Position numbers and translations under genes: made by a program
In this document: piece by piece, positions 30,831-43,922 of the stretch
How the letters are laid out: the number at the start of each line of letters is the position of its first letter
How positions within the stretch are numbered: the stretch's first letter is position 1
The notes under the pieces: model-generated
Told to the model about the DNA's origin: nothing
Seen by the model: the letters and a program-made list of their open reading frames with translations, nothing else
The model's database searches: none
Origin: an uncultured Chloroflexia bacterium
Lineage (GTDB): Bacteria; Chloroflexota; Limnocylindria; Limnocylindrales; CSP1-4
DNA: 64,000 nucleotides
Assembly: GCA_963740825.1 (NCBI GenBank)
Contig: CAVUFD010000002.1
Coordinates: forward strand, 4,267 to 68,266
Reading direction: 5' to 3'

Positions 30831-32162
30831 TCAGGCCATGTCGGCCGAACGGGTGATGCTCGCACCCAGCTGCTGGAACTTGCGGTCGATGTTCTCATAC
30901 CCCCGCTGAACGTGATGCGCGCCGTGAATCAGCGAGGTGCCCTCGGCGGCCAGCGCGGCCAGGATCAGGGACGCGCCGGCGCGCAGGTCCGAGATGTCGG
31001 CCTCGGCGCCGCGCAGGGTCGCGGGGCCGAGGATCGCCGCATGGTGGGCGTCCTCGATCTCGATCCGGGCGCCGAGCTTGCCGAGCTCCGCGAGCCATTC
31101 GAGGCGGTCCTCGAAGATCGCCTCGTACACCCGGGAGGTGCCGTTCGCCTGCGTCAGCAGGACGCAGGCGGGTGGCTGGAGGTCGGTCGCCAGGCCCGGG
31201 TAGGGCGCGGTCTCGATGTCGCACGCCCGCAGGTCGCCCGGGCGCACGCCCGTGGCGTCGATCTCGATCGAGCGCTGCCCGCAGGCCACCGGGACGCCGA
31301 CCCGGCCCAGCAGCTCGACCAGCGACTCGACGTGCTCGCAGGGGGCGTTCTCGAGCGTGATCCTGCCGCCGGTGACGGCGGCCGCGACCAGGAACGTGCC
31401 GGTCTCGATCCGGTCGGAGATGACGGTGTGGTCGGCGCCCCGGAGCCGGCGCTTGCCGTGGACCTCGATCGTGTCCGGGCTCGTGCGCTTCACGTCGGCG
31501 CCCATCTTGTGCAGGAAGTCGATGAGGTCGTCGACCTCCGGCTCCTGCGCCGCCGGCCGGATCACGGTGTGGCCCTCCGCGAGGGTCGCGGCGAGCATCG
31601 CGTTCTCGGTGCCCATCACGGTCACCTGCGGGAACGTCACCTCCCCGCCGTGGAGGCGACCCGGCGCCTGGGCGAAGTAGTAGCCGTCGCGATAGGCGAT
31701 CTCGGCGCCCAGCGCCCGCATGGCGTCGACGTGCAGGTTCACCGGCCGGCGCCCGATCCGGTCGCCGCCGGGGTTGCTGATGATCACCCGCCCGAAGCGC
31801 GACAGGAGCGGCCCGAGCAGGATGAACGACGCCCGCATCTTGGCAGCGGCCTCGAGCGGGACGAACAGCCAGTCGACGTCGCCCGCGGCGACCTCGTACA
31901 CGCCGTCGGCCGGGTGGTCCACGACGACGCCGAGGTCCCTGAGCACCTCCGCCATCACGCGGACGTCCTCGATCTCGGGCACGTTCTCGAAGCGGCACCG
32001 CTCGCCCGTGAGCGTCGCGGCGGCGAGCAGCTTGAGGGCGGCGTTCTTGGCGCCGCTCACGTGGACCGTGCCGCGCAGGGGCCGCCCGCCCTCGATGCGG
32101 AACGCCTCAGGCGGTGGGACCTCGGGGTTGAACTCCCAATGGAAAGGTCTTGCGTCTGCCAA
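30831..32162 (-). CDS. murA: UDP-N-acetylglucosamine 1-carboxyvinyltransferase
   Basis: [15 protein letters not shown] ... catalytic Cys region [10 protein letters not shown]. Confidence 0.9.
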   Translation of the reverse strand: MADARPFHWEFNPEVPPPEAFRIEGGRPLRGTVHVSGAKNAALKLLAAATLTGERCRFENVPEIEDVRVMAEVLRDLGVVVDHPADGVYEVAAGDVDWLFVPLEAAAKMRASFILLGPLLSRFGRVIISNPGGDRIGRRPVNLHVDAMRALGAEIAYRDGYYFAQAPGRLHGGEVTFPQVTVMGTENAMLAATLAEGHTVIRPAAQEPEVDDLIDFLHKMGADVKRTSPDTIEVHGKRRLRGADHTVISDRIETGTFLVAAAVTGGRITLENAPCEHVESLVELLGRVGVPVACGQRSIEIDATGVRPGDLRACDIETAPYPGLATDLQPPACVLLTQANGTSRVYEAIFEDRLEWLAELGKLGARIEIEDAHHAAILGPATLRGAEADISDLRAGASLILAALAAEGTSLIHGAHHVQRGYENIDRKFQQLGASITRSADMA

Positions 32163-32231
32163 TTAACTCTCCGAGAGCCGAGGCGACGCTCCTGCGAGCC
32201 ATCGGCGCGAGGACGTTGCGTCGGCCATGGA

Positions 32232-32660
32232 CTAGGCGCCGCGCCTGGGGCCCTCTCGATGCCGACGCTCCGCCACCCGGATCCGGAGCAGGGCCGACTG
32301 GAGCTGGGCGCGCGCGGCGGCCAGGTCGGCACCCTCGACGTAACCGGACTCGAGCGCCCGCTCCGCCTCGCGACGGGCCTCCTGGGCACGCTCTAGGTCG
32401 ATCTCGGAGGCCAGGTCGGCCGTCTCCGCCATGACCACGACCTTGTCCGGCCGGACCTGGAGGAAGCCGCCCGCGATCGCGAAGCTCTCCTCCTCGCCGC
32501 CCTTCCGGATCTTGAGCTCCCCCACCCCGAGCAGGCTCACCAGCGGCGTGTGATGCGGCAGGATCCCCAGCTCGCCCTCGGCACCGGGCACGAGCACCAT
32601 GTCGACATCATCTTCGTACGCCAGCCGCTCCGGCGTCACGATCTCGAGGTGGAGTGTCAT
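32232..32660 (-). CDS. atpC: F1 ATP synthase epsilon subunit
   Basis: MTLHLEIVTPERLAYEDDVDMVLVPGAEGELGILPHHTPLVS. Confidence 0.9.
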   Translation of the reverse strand: MTLHLEIVTPERLAYEDDVDMVLVPGAEGELGILPHHTPLVSLLGVGELKIRKGGEEESFAIAGGFLQVRPDKVVVMAETADLASEIDLERAQEARREAERALESGYVEGADLAAARAQLQSALLRIRVAERRHREGPRRGA

Positions 32661-32703
32661 GTGCGTGCCCCGTTCCAGCGGCCGCTCTCGGCGTCAGGCT
32701 GTC

Positions 32704-32947
32704 CGGCCAATTCCAGTTGCCGTCGCCGGCTTCGCGCGGCTCGGCCACTGAGATCGCCGGCCATCCTGCCGCCTACGCGGCCGCTTGGCAGCACCCCCAA
32801 ACCCCTCAACGCGAGATCGACGCGCCCGAAACGTGGCGTCCACGTGGGGGGAGGGCAGAAGGCACCCGCCTCCGCGTAGCCGGTTGGACGGCAGCCGATC
32901 TCAGTCGCCGAGGCGCGCGCAGCCGCCAATGGCGACTGGAATCGGAC
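32704..32947. repeat. inverted pair of about 52-bp palindromic elements inside the 328-bp atpD-atpC spacer
   Basis: 32892-32947 is GCCGATCTCAGTCGCCGAGGCGCGCGCAGCCGCCAATGGCGACTGGAATCGGAC. 32704-32760 is its reverse complement at about 80% identity. A further inverted repeat CCGCCTACGCGG / CCGCGTAGCCGG (32769/32866) lies between them. Confidence 0.55.
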
Positions 32948-32988
32948 GGCCGGCCGGCCGGCGAAAGCGGAGGCGAAGACCACGGCAC

Positions 32989-35291
<2,303 letters not shown>

Positions 35292-35487
35292 CGCGAGTCT
35301 CCGCCCTCGTCGGCCGCCGCCCGGCCGGCGCGCGGCGGCTCGCCCACGACGGCTCTCCTACGCCCCTCTGGAGTGTTTGAGCGCGATGCGGCACCCGCAG
35401 ATCCCACGTCACCACCGCAAGGCGTAGACGGGCGTCGTTCGAGCCGGTTCCGGCCACAACACCACGCCCAGGCGTAAACGAGGCACG

Positions 35488-35595
35488 TTGGGCGGCGGGT
35501 TGGGCGGCGGGTTGGGCGGCGGGTTGGGCGGCGGGTTGGGCGGCGGGTTGGGCGGCGGGTTGGGCGGCGGGTTGGGCGGCGGGTTGGGCGGCGCG
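35488..35595. repeat. 12-bp microsatellite (TTGGGCGGCGGG) x 8 perfect + 1 imperfect copy, in the 400-bp atpA-atpG intercistronic spacer
   Basis: Perfect head-to-tail copies. The plus strand is G-rich, carrying GGG tracts separated by 2-4 nt. Confidence 0.9.
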
Positions 35596-35690
35596 CGGCA
35601 ACCCGAGAAGCGGACGCGCGGCGCGCGCACCAACGACTCGCCACCCGCGGGGGCGGACGAGCCGGGCGGCGGAGCCGGACGCGACCACCG

Positions 35691-37223
<1,533 letters not shown>

Positions 37224-37245
37224 GGCGTCTCCGTTCGGGCGGGGG

Positions 37246-37797
37246 CTAGCGGGGGCGGGTCCCCGTGTGGAGCTGGTCGCGCAGCCGCTCGAGGCGGCCG
37301 CGGATGGAGGCATCGAGGAGCCGGTCGCCGATCTGGACGGTCAGCCCGCCCAGCAGCGCCGGGTCGACCTCGGTCCGGAGGTCGACCGCCGATCCGGCCA
37401 TCGCCTCGACCCGCGTGCGGATCTCGGCGGTCTCGTCTTTGGTCAGGGCCGCGGCGCTCGTGACCGTGGCCACGACGATGCCGCGATGGGCGTTGAGCTG
37501 GCGCTCGTACTGCTCGCTCACGGCGCGCAGCTCGCGCGCCCGGCCTCGTTCCACGAGCAGGCTGACCAGCCGCAGGGCGCCGGGGCGAACCCGGCCCTCG
37601 AGCAGCTTCGCCACCACCGCCAGGCGCTCGGCCGAGGGGATGGCCGGGCTGTCGACGACAGGCTCGACCTCGGGACGCCCGAGCATGTCGGCCGCCGTCG
37701 CGAGATCGTCGCGCCAGCCGTCGAGCTCGCCGTCGCGCAGGGCGACCTGGAAGGCCGCCTCCGCGTACCGGCGGGCTCCGGTGGTGGATCGTGCCAT
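37246..37797 (-). CDS. atpH: F1 ATP synthase delta subunit
   Basis: Size, position in the operon, and OSCP-like sequence. Confidence 0.85.
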   Translation of the reverse strand: MARSTTGARRYAEAAFQVALRDGELDGWRDDLATAADMLGRPEVEPVVDSPAIPSAERLAVVAKLLEGRVRPGALRLVSLLVERGRARELRAVSEQYERQLNAHRGIVVATVTSAAALTKDETAEIRTRVEAMAGSAVDLRTEVDPALLGGLTVQIGDRLLDASIRGRLERLRDQLHTGTRPR

Positions 37798-38369
37798 CAG
37801 CCGGCGGACCCGCCGGCGGCCGGATCCGCGAGGAACTCGGCCACGAGCTTGCGCTGGCGGTCGCCCGTCATGGATTCGCCGACGACGCGGCCGGCGGCCG
37901 CGAGGGCGAGATCGGTGACCTCTCCCCGGAGCTCGGCGACCGCGCGCTGGCGCTCGGCCTCGATCTCGCTGGTCGCGCGCTCGCGCAGCCGGGCGATCTC
38001 GTCGCGGGTGGCCGCGACCTCCTGCTCACGCGTCTCGGACGCGGCCTTCTGGGCTCGGTTGAGGATCTCGTTGGCCTCGCGGCGGGCCTCCTGGAGGGCG
38101 GCCTGGCGTTCCTGCTCGGCCGATTCCCGATCGCGCCGGGCCTGCTCCGCGTCCTGCAGCCCCTGCTCGATCCGGGCGCGCCGGTCGTTGAGCGTCTTCA
38201 CCAGACCGCCGAACGCGATGCGCTGGACGATCAGGAAGAACACGACGAAGTTGGCCGCGGCGACGATGATCCAGAACACGTTGATCTGGAACTTCGTTTC
38301 CGCGGCCGCCGGCACGGCGACCTGGCGCAAGACCTCCCCGACGACGGCGAGGGTGTCCATGGGCGTCAC
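37797..38369 (-). CDS. atpF: Fo ATP synthase b subunit
   Basis: Single N-terminal TM followed by a long charged coiled coil. The stop overlaps the atpH start. Confidence 0.85.
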   Translation of the reverse strand: MTPMDTLAVVGEVLRQVAVPAAAETKFQINVFWIIVAAANFVVFFLIVQRIAFGGLVKTLNDRRARIEQGLQDAEQARRDRESAEQERQAALQEARREANEILNRAQKAASETREQEVAATRDEIARLRERATSEIEAERQRAVAELRGEVTDLALAAAGRVVGESMTGDRQRKLVAEFLADPAAGGSAG

Positions 38370-38382
38370 CTGTTCCGCTGGG

Positions 38383-38604
38383 TCAGCCTGCGGCGGGCTT
38401 GATGAAGATCGCGAGCAGGCCGACGACGACCGCGAGGACGCCGAGGCCCTCGGCGAACGCCGCGAGGATGATCGCGAGGCCCCGGATCTCGCCGGCGGCG
38501 TCGGGGTTGCGCCCGATCGCGGCCGCGGCCAGGCCGGCGAGGATGCCGATGCCGATGCCCGGCCCGATCACGCCGAGGGCCGCAAGGGCGCCAAGGTTTT
38601 CCAT
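38383..38604 (-). CDS. atpE: Fo ATP synthase c subunit
   Basis: MENLGALAALGVIGPGIGIGILAGLAAAAIGRNPDAAGEIRGLAIILAAFAEGLGVLAVVVGLLAIFI. Classic c-subunit hairpin with the essential E. Confidence 0.85.
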   Translation of the reverse strand: MENLGALAALGVIGPGIGIGILAGLAAAAIGRNPDAAGEIRGLAIILAAFAEGLGVLAVVVGLLAIFIKPAAG

Positions 38605-38665
38605 GTTCCGTGTTCCCTCCGTGGTCCGGGCTCGCGGCCCGGTCTTGGTCCCGTGGTCGGGGTGG

Positions 38666-39679
38666 TCAGTGGGCCGCTTCGACGGCGTGGATGGTGGACT
38701 CGGCGGATTCCGCCGCCTCGTGCTCCTGGCCATGACCCTCGATCGCGACGAGCGTGAACATGAGGGTCAGGGTGGCGAAGATCAGCGCCTGGACGAGGTT
38801 GAGCAGGACCTCGAGGGCGAGCATGGCCATGGGGATGATGGCGAGGGTGAGGGCCGTCAGGACGCCGAGCGCGACCTCGCCGCCGTAGATGTTGCCGAAC
38901 AGGCGCATGGACAGCGTGACGGGCTTGACGAACTCGAGCAGGAGCTCCGTCAGGCCGACGAACATGGCGATCAAGCCGGCGCCGAGGCCGTTCCTGAACT
39001 CGCCGAACGGGAAGAACTTGCCGAGATACCCGAAGCCCAGGTGCTTGAAGCCCTGGTACTCGATGAACACGAACGCGACCAGCGCGAGGCCGATGGTGAC
39101 GTTCAGGTCGCTCGTCGGCGCGCGCAGCTGGTCCACCTTGCCGATCGGCGGCACGAGGCCGCTCCAGTTGAAGAACAGGATCAGCAGGAAGAAGCCGGCG
39201 AACAGCATGATGTAGGGCTTGGCCGCGGGTCCGCCCAGGGACATCGCGAAGTTCTCGAGCAGCTCGTACACGTGCTCGATCGCGTTCTGCCCGCGCCCGG
39301 GGACCAGCTTTCGTGGCCGGCTCAGCGCCCACAGCAGCACGATCACGATGATCGTGATGATGACCATCGTGAGCAGCGTCGAGGTGATGCTCGGCTGGAA
39401 CGTGATGAGGTCGGCGCTCTGCGGCGCGCCATCGAGGCTCCAGACGATGTGCGGCGCGGGGAACTCGAGGTTCCCGTTGATGTAGCAGACCGGGAACTCG
39501 CAGGTGAGGCTGTCCGGAACCTCGCGGTCGAACGGCGGGAACAGCAGGAACGCGAACACGTCGATGACGATCACGAAGATCAGCAGCAGCCCGATGGCAA
39601 CGGGGTTGCTGATGCCGCGCGCCTTCTGGCCCGTGTCGCCCGTCACGTTTCCTCCAAGCAGCCGCGCGGCCTCGGCCAC
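38666..39679 (-). CDS. atpB: Fo ATP synthase a subunit (long N-terminal extension)
   Basis: Essential Arg region LSMRLFGNIYGGEVAL. Confidence 0.85.
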   Translation of the reverse strand: MAEAARLLGGNVTGDTGQKARGISNPVAIGLLLIFVIVIDVFAFLLFPPFDREVPDSLTCEFPVCYINGNLEFPAPHIVWSLDGAPQSADLITFQPSITSTLLTMVIITIIVIVLLWALSRPRKLVPGRGQNAIEHVYELLENFAMSLGGPAAKPYIMLFAGFFLLILFFNWSGLVPPIGKVDQLRAPTSDLNVTIGLALVAFVFIEYQGFKHLGFGYLGKFFPFGEFRNGLGAGLIAMFVGLTELLLEFVKPVTLSMRLFGNIYGGEVALGVLTALTLAIIPMAMLALEVLLNLVQALIFATLTLMFTLVAIEGHGQEHEAAESAESTIHAVEAAH

Positions 39680-39707
39680 GCTCTCCCGTGCCCGTTCCGT
39701 GGCCGGT

Positions 39708-39923
39708 TTAGTCGAACCGCTTCAGGAACCGTGTGATCAAGCGGTAGATCCCGGCCGTCCCGATCCCGGCGCCGGCGAGGAAGCCGACGAGGACGAAGAT
39801 CGGCAGGGTCCCGAGCCGCTGGTCCAACCAGTAGCCCGCTGCCACACCGGCGAGGGACGTCACCAGGAGGATCATTCCGATCTCGGAGAAGAGTGCGAAA
39901 TACGCTCCGAAACCGGTGTTCAT
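39708..39923 (-). CDS. AtpZ/AtpI-like small membrane protein preceding atpB
   Basis: 71 aa with two TM helices, occupying the usual atpI position. Confidence 0.6.
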   Translation of the reverse strand: MNTGFGAYFALFSEIGMILLVTSLAGVAAGYWLDQRLGTLPIFVLVGFLAGAGIGTAGIYRLITRFLKRFD

Positions 39924-40027
39924 GGCCGACCCATCACCGCGCGGCGACTATACCAGAGGGCCTTCTCGATTCGTAAACGCGGATGGCGCGTGATGGCCGG
40001 TTGCGCCCGCCCGTGGGCGGCGCGCCG

Positions 40028-42364
40028 TTACGGGATCGCGATCGTCAGGATCGCGTCGAGATCAACCCGGCGGCCGCTCGCGGTCACCACCTGGATCGTG
40101 TGGCTGCCGGCCGTTGTCGATCGGCTGTAGAGCACCTGGCGGTAGTGGGTCTTCTTCGACTTCGTGCTGATCGCGGACGAGGTGACCTTCACGCCGTCGA
40201 CGAAGACGTTGAAGCTGCCGTGCTTCTTCGCCTCCGTGCCGACGATCGCGAACGACCGGCCGGTGAACGTGAACGTCGCGGTCCGTCCGGTGCCCGAGGC
40301 GGCCTTGGCGCTGCCGCCCGACGGGGAGCCCGCCGTCGTCTTCGACCAGCCGGCCGAGTACACGATCGCGGAGCTCGAGTCCTGGGTCCGGACGACCCGG
40401 AACCTCGGCCCGGTGCCCGTCCCGGTGTGGCCCTTCTTGTCGGTCACCCGGATGCGAAACTGCTCGGTCGTCGGCGAGAGGGGCAGGTTGCGGGTGGTCG
40501 CGGTCGCCGTGGTCGACTTGGTGAGCGTCTTGAACGAGCCGCCGTTCTTGCTCTCGTAGAGCCGGTAGGCCTTGACCGAGGTGCCGCTCGCGGAGCCGCA
40601 CCACGAGAGCCTGACCGGCGTCGTCGAGCCGATCGTGCTGCCGGTGACGAAGGACGGGCGCGCGCCATCGGCGGCGGGGAAGGTGCTCGGGCCGCTGACG
40701 GTGATCAGCACCGTCGCGGTATCCGTCTGGCCGCCGGCATCGGCCAGCGTGTACGTCAGCGTGTCGGTGCCCGACCCGCAGCCGAACGGGTCATAGGTGA
40801 TGCCCGTGCCGCCGCCGGTGATCGTCACGAAGCCGCGCGCGGCGCCGGACACGGACGTAATGTGGGTCGGGTCGCCCTGCTCATTGGGCCCGCCGAGGTC
40901 GTTGGCACGAACGTCGATGGCCGTCGCGCTTGGCAGGCGGACGGTGAACAGGTCGTTCGCCGCGACCGGCGCGTCGTCGACCCCGGAGACGTCGATCGCG
41001 AAGGTCACGTCGGAGCTCGTGTCGGCGCCCCCGTTGGCGGTCCCGCCATCGTCCTCGAGGTGCACCGTCACGTTCGCGATCCCGTTCTTGTTGGACCCCG
41101 GCCGGAAGGTCAGGTCGCCGCTCGCGTCGACGGCGGGCTGGCCCAGTGCCTGGAACAGCGTCGGGTTGTCGTTGTTCGTGACGACGAAGGTCAGGGCCTG
41201 GCCGCTCTCGTCCGCGGCGCCCGCCGAGATCGCCGAGGCCCAGCCCATGACGGTCTGCGGGCCCGCGTCCTCGGACGCGCCGACGTCGCCGCCGCCGGTA
41301 AACGACGGCGCGTCGTTGACCGAGCCGATCGTGATCGAGAACGACTGCGGGTCGCTGGTGTTGTCGCCGCCAGCGGTCGTGCCACCGTCGTCCGTGATCC
41401 GGACCGAGAGGTTCGCGACGCCGTGTGCATCATCAGCGGGGGTGTAGTCGAGCGTGCCGCCGGCGGACACCGACGGAAGGACCGCGAACAGGCCGGGGTT
41501 CGAGTTCGTGACCATCTGGAACGTCACGTCCTGGCCGCTCTCGTTGGCGGGTCCAGTCGAGATGCCCGTCGCCCAGCTGGACGTGCTCTGCGGACCGGCG
41601 TCCTCGAGCAGAGACTCGTCCGCGCCGGCCGTGAACGACGGCGCGTCGTTGACCGGGTTGATGGTGATCGTGAAGGTCTGGGTCGCGCCGGTGTCGTCGC
41701 CGCCGCTCGACGTCCCGCCGTCGTCCGTCGGCGTCACCGACACGGTGGCGGAGCCGTTGGCTTCGTCGGCCGGGGTGTAGGTCAGGTTGCCGTTGGCGGA
41801 CACGGCGGGCTGGACCGCGAACAGGCTGGTGTCGTCGGCGCTGACGTCGAAGGTGACCACCTGCCCGGACTCGTTGGCCGCCCCCTCGCTGACGGCCGTC
41901 GCCCAGCCGTTGATCGTCTGGGGCCCGGCGTCCTCGTTGTCGGTCTGATTCCCGCCCTTTGTGAACGTCGGCTCGTCGTTGACGGCCGTGATCGAGATTG
42001 AGGCCGTGGCAACCGACGACGTCTCGTCATCGGAGTCCGTGGCGGTGAAATCGAACTCGTCGGCGCCGTTGAGGTTTGCGGCTGGCGTGAACGTCACGGT
42101 CGCCGTGCAGGCCGGAGCCGTGCTGACGCAGTCGATCGCCGATACCGATCCGAGGGAGCCCTTCGCTGGCCCATCGACGATGTCGAACGAGGTGATGGTG
42201 CCGCCGTCGGGGTCGGTGGCCGACAGCTCGATCTCCATTGCCGCGTCCTCATCCGTCGTGATCGGGGTCGCCAATGCGACAGGATCGATGGCGAGGACGT
42301 GCGCGGGCACGAGCCCGAGGAAGAGGAGCGCGGATGCGAATACGACGCCCAGGAAGCGCTTCAT
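40028..42364 (-). CDS. large secreted repeat protein with tandem cadherin-like/Ig-like domains and C-terminal beta-sandwich domains (putative adhesin)
   Basis: Signal peptide MKRFLGVVFASALLFLGLVPAHVLA. It carries at least 4 repeats of about 100 aa each, with recurring VNDAPSFT...EDAGPQ...GWA..IS.G...ESGQ..TF.V motifs. No LPXTG motif. Confidence 0.7.
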   Translation of the reverse strand: MKRFLGVVFASALLFLGLVPAHVLAIDPVALATPITTDEDAAMEIELSATDPDGGTITSFDIVDGPAKGSLGSVSAIDCVSTAPACTATVTFTPAANLNGADEFDFTATDSDDETSSVATASISITAVNDEPTFTKGGNQTDNEDAGPQTINGWATAVSEGAANESGQVVTFDVSADDTSLFAVQPAVSANGNLTYTPADEANGSATVSVTPTDDGGTSSGGDDTGATQTFTITINPVNDAPSFTAGADESLLEDAGPQSTSSWATGISTGPANESGQDVTFQMVTNSNPGLFAVLPSVSAGGTLDYTPADDAHGVANLSVRITDDGGTTAGGDNTSDPQSFSITIGSVNDAPSFTGGGDVGASEDAGPQTVMGWASAISAGAADESGQALTFVVTNNDNPTLFQALGQPAVDASGDLTFRPGSNKNGIANVTVHLEDDGGTANGGADTSSDVTFAIDVSGVDDAPVAANDLFTVRLPSATAIDVRANDLGGPNEQGDPTHITSVSGAARGFVTITGGGTGITYDPFGCGSGTDTLTYTLADAGGQTDTATVLITVSGPSTFPAADGARPSFVTGSTIGSTTPVRLSWCGSASGTSVKAYRLYESKNGGSFKTLTKSTTATATTRNLPLSPTTEQFRIRVTDKKGHTGTGTGPRFRVVRTQDSSSAIVYSAGWSKTTAGSPSGGSAKAASGTGRTATFTFTGRSFAIVGTEAKKHGSFNVFVDGVKVTSSAISTKSKKTHYRQVLYSRSTTAGSHTIQVVTASGRRVDLDAILTIAIP

Positions 42365-42374
42365 TCAGGTCCCC

Positions 42375-43643
42375 TCAACACGGCGCGACGACCGTAGTGG
42401 ACTTGTTCGTCGTTCCGCCAGGCCCGCGAAGAATCAGGATGACGTTGTGGCTCGTGCCCGGGTCGTAGCCGGGATCGGAGGCATAGTCGAAGCCGAAGGA
42501 TCGCTGGCTCGAGGTCTTTCCGTCGACATCCCAGGAGTAGCCGCCGTTCGCTTGGCTGAAGACGTTCTGGGCGTTCGAAACGTTGAACGAATAGGTTGTT
42601 GAGCCGGGCGAACAGCTCGCGGCAATCGAACCCGACGGATGGGGCTTGGGGGTCGGCTTGGGCGTGGGCTTCGGGGTCGGCTTGGGCGTGGGCCTGGGGG
42701 TCGGGCGGGGGGTCGGCTGCGGCGTGGGCCGGGGCGTCGGGCGCGGGGTCGAGCGCGGCTCCGGCTTGGTCGGCTTACGGGTGGGCCTGGGGGTCGGCTT
42801 GGGCGTCACGCTCGGGGTGGTGGTTGCGGCGGGCAGCCCGGACGCGACCGGGACGGAGCCATCCGTTGGGGCGTCGGACGGCGGCTCGGTGATGACGACG
42901 GCGATCGCCGCCGAGGTCCCGCGCTCGTCCGTGGGCAACGGCGGACCGGGTTCGAACGCGGGGCTGACGGTGGTGACGACCAGGACCACGACGATTGCGC
43001 CCAGGAGCACGGTCGCCGAGTCTCGCCACAGGCGGTAGCGGCGGGAGATCGGGACCCTCGGGTCGGCCGCCGCCGCGCGACCGGTCGGCCTGCCCGGCGT
43101 GACCGGCGTGAGCTCGGTGACCAGGGGCCTCGGCGCAGTCGGCGCGAGTGGCATGAAGGGCGTGGGCGATGCCATCGCGGCGCCCAGCGTGAGCGACGCC
43201 CCTGGCGCGACAGGCTCGGGGCGGTCCGGCTCGTCGGCCTTGGCGGGCTCGAGCGGCAGGTCGTCGGCGGCCGTGGGCGCGCGGGCGGCCGCGAAGGCCG
43301 TGAACAGGGGGTCGGGTGCGGTGGCGGGCCGGAGCGGATGGTCGGCGGGTTGGGGCCGCCCGACCTCCGCCGCTGCCGCGGCGGCGGCCTCCGTTTCGGC
43401 GTCCTCCAAGTACGCCGCCAGGAGCCCCGGGCGCTCGGTGCCGAGCACGCCGATCCGCCACGCGATGTCGTCCTCGGACAGGCTCGGGACGGGCGTGGAC
43501 GCGACCGCGATCCGGGCCTCGGCGGCCCGGCTGCGACGGCGCCGTACGAACACAACCGCCACCGTCGTAACGACGACGATGACGGCGATCAGGGCGATCA
43601 GGAGTAGCGGCGGCATGACCCCTCGGAGCCGGTCGGCAGGCAT
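42375..43643 (-). CDS. membrane protein with Pro/Thr-rich ([10 protein letters not shown]) linker and C-terminal PKD-like domain
   Basis: Two TM helices; a PTPRPT repeat run; a C-terminal WDVDGKTS...[24 protein letters not shown] resembling a PKD fold. Confidence 0.6.
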   Translation of the reverse strand: MPADRLRGVMPPLLLIALIAVIVVVTTVAVVFVRRRRSRAAEARIAVASTPVPSLSEDDIAWRIGVLGTERPGLLAAYLEDAETEAAAAAAAEVGRPQPADHPLRPATAPDPLFTAFAAARAPTAADDLPLEPAKADEPDRPEPVAPGASLTLGAAMASPTPFMPLAPTAPRPLVTELTPVTPGRPTGRAAAADPRVPISRRYRLWRDSATVLLGAIVVVLVVTTVSPAFEPGPPLPTDERGTSAAIAVVITEPPSDAPTDGSVPVASGLPAATTTPSVTPKPTPRPTRKPTKPEPRSTPRPTPRPTPQPTPRPTPRPTPKPTPKPTPKPTPKPHPSGSIAASCSPGSTTYSFNVSNAQNVFSQANGGYSWDVDGKTSSQRSFGFDYASDPGYDPGTSHNVILILRGPGGTTNKSTTVVAPC

Positions 43644-43922
43644 CCGGCCGGCCGGCCGATCCTAGCATCGGCGGCGGTTCTGCCCGGCGGGTCGATGGTC
43701 ACCCCAGGGTCCGGTGCGGACGGATGTGGTCGGGTGCGGTGTGGGGCCCTCTCGCTGCCGTCAACGGTCCACGAGCCGCCGTCGGTGCGCCCGAGCGCTC
43801 ACCCGGTGGGCGTCTTCGTCTCGGCCCGGCTCCGATCCAGCTCGGCCTGCGTGGCCATCACGGCCACCGGCTTGGCCGGCTGGCCCTGCTGCACGGGCGG
43901 ACTTGCCGTGGACAGGGACGGG

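Noticed and set aside
35380-35470. GTTCGAGCC motif as a tRNA T-loop
   Set aside because: The flanking sequence cannot form acceptor and T stems. No cloverleaf is present.
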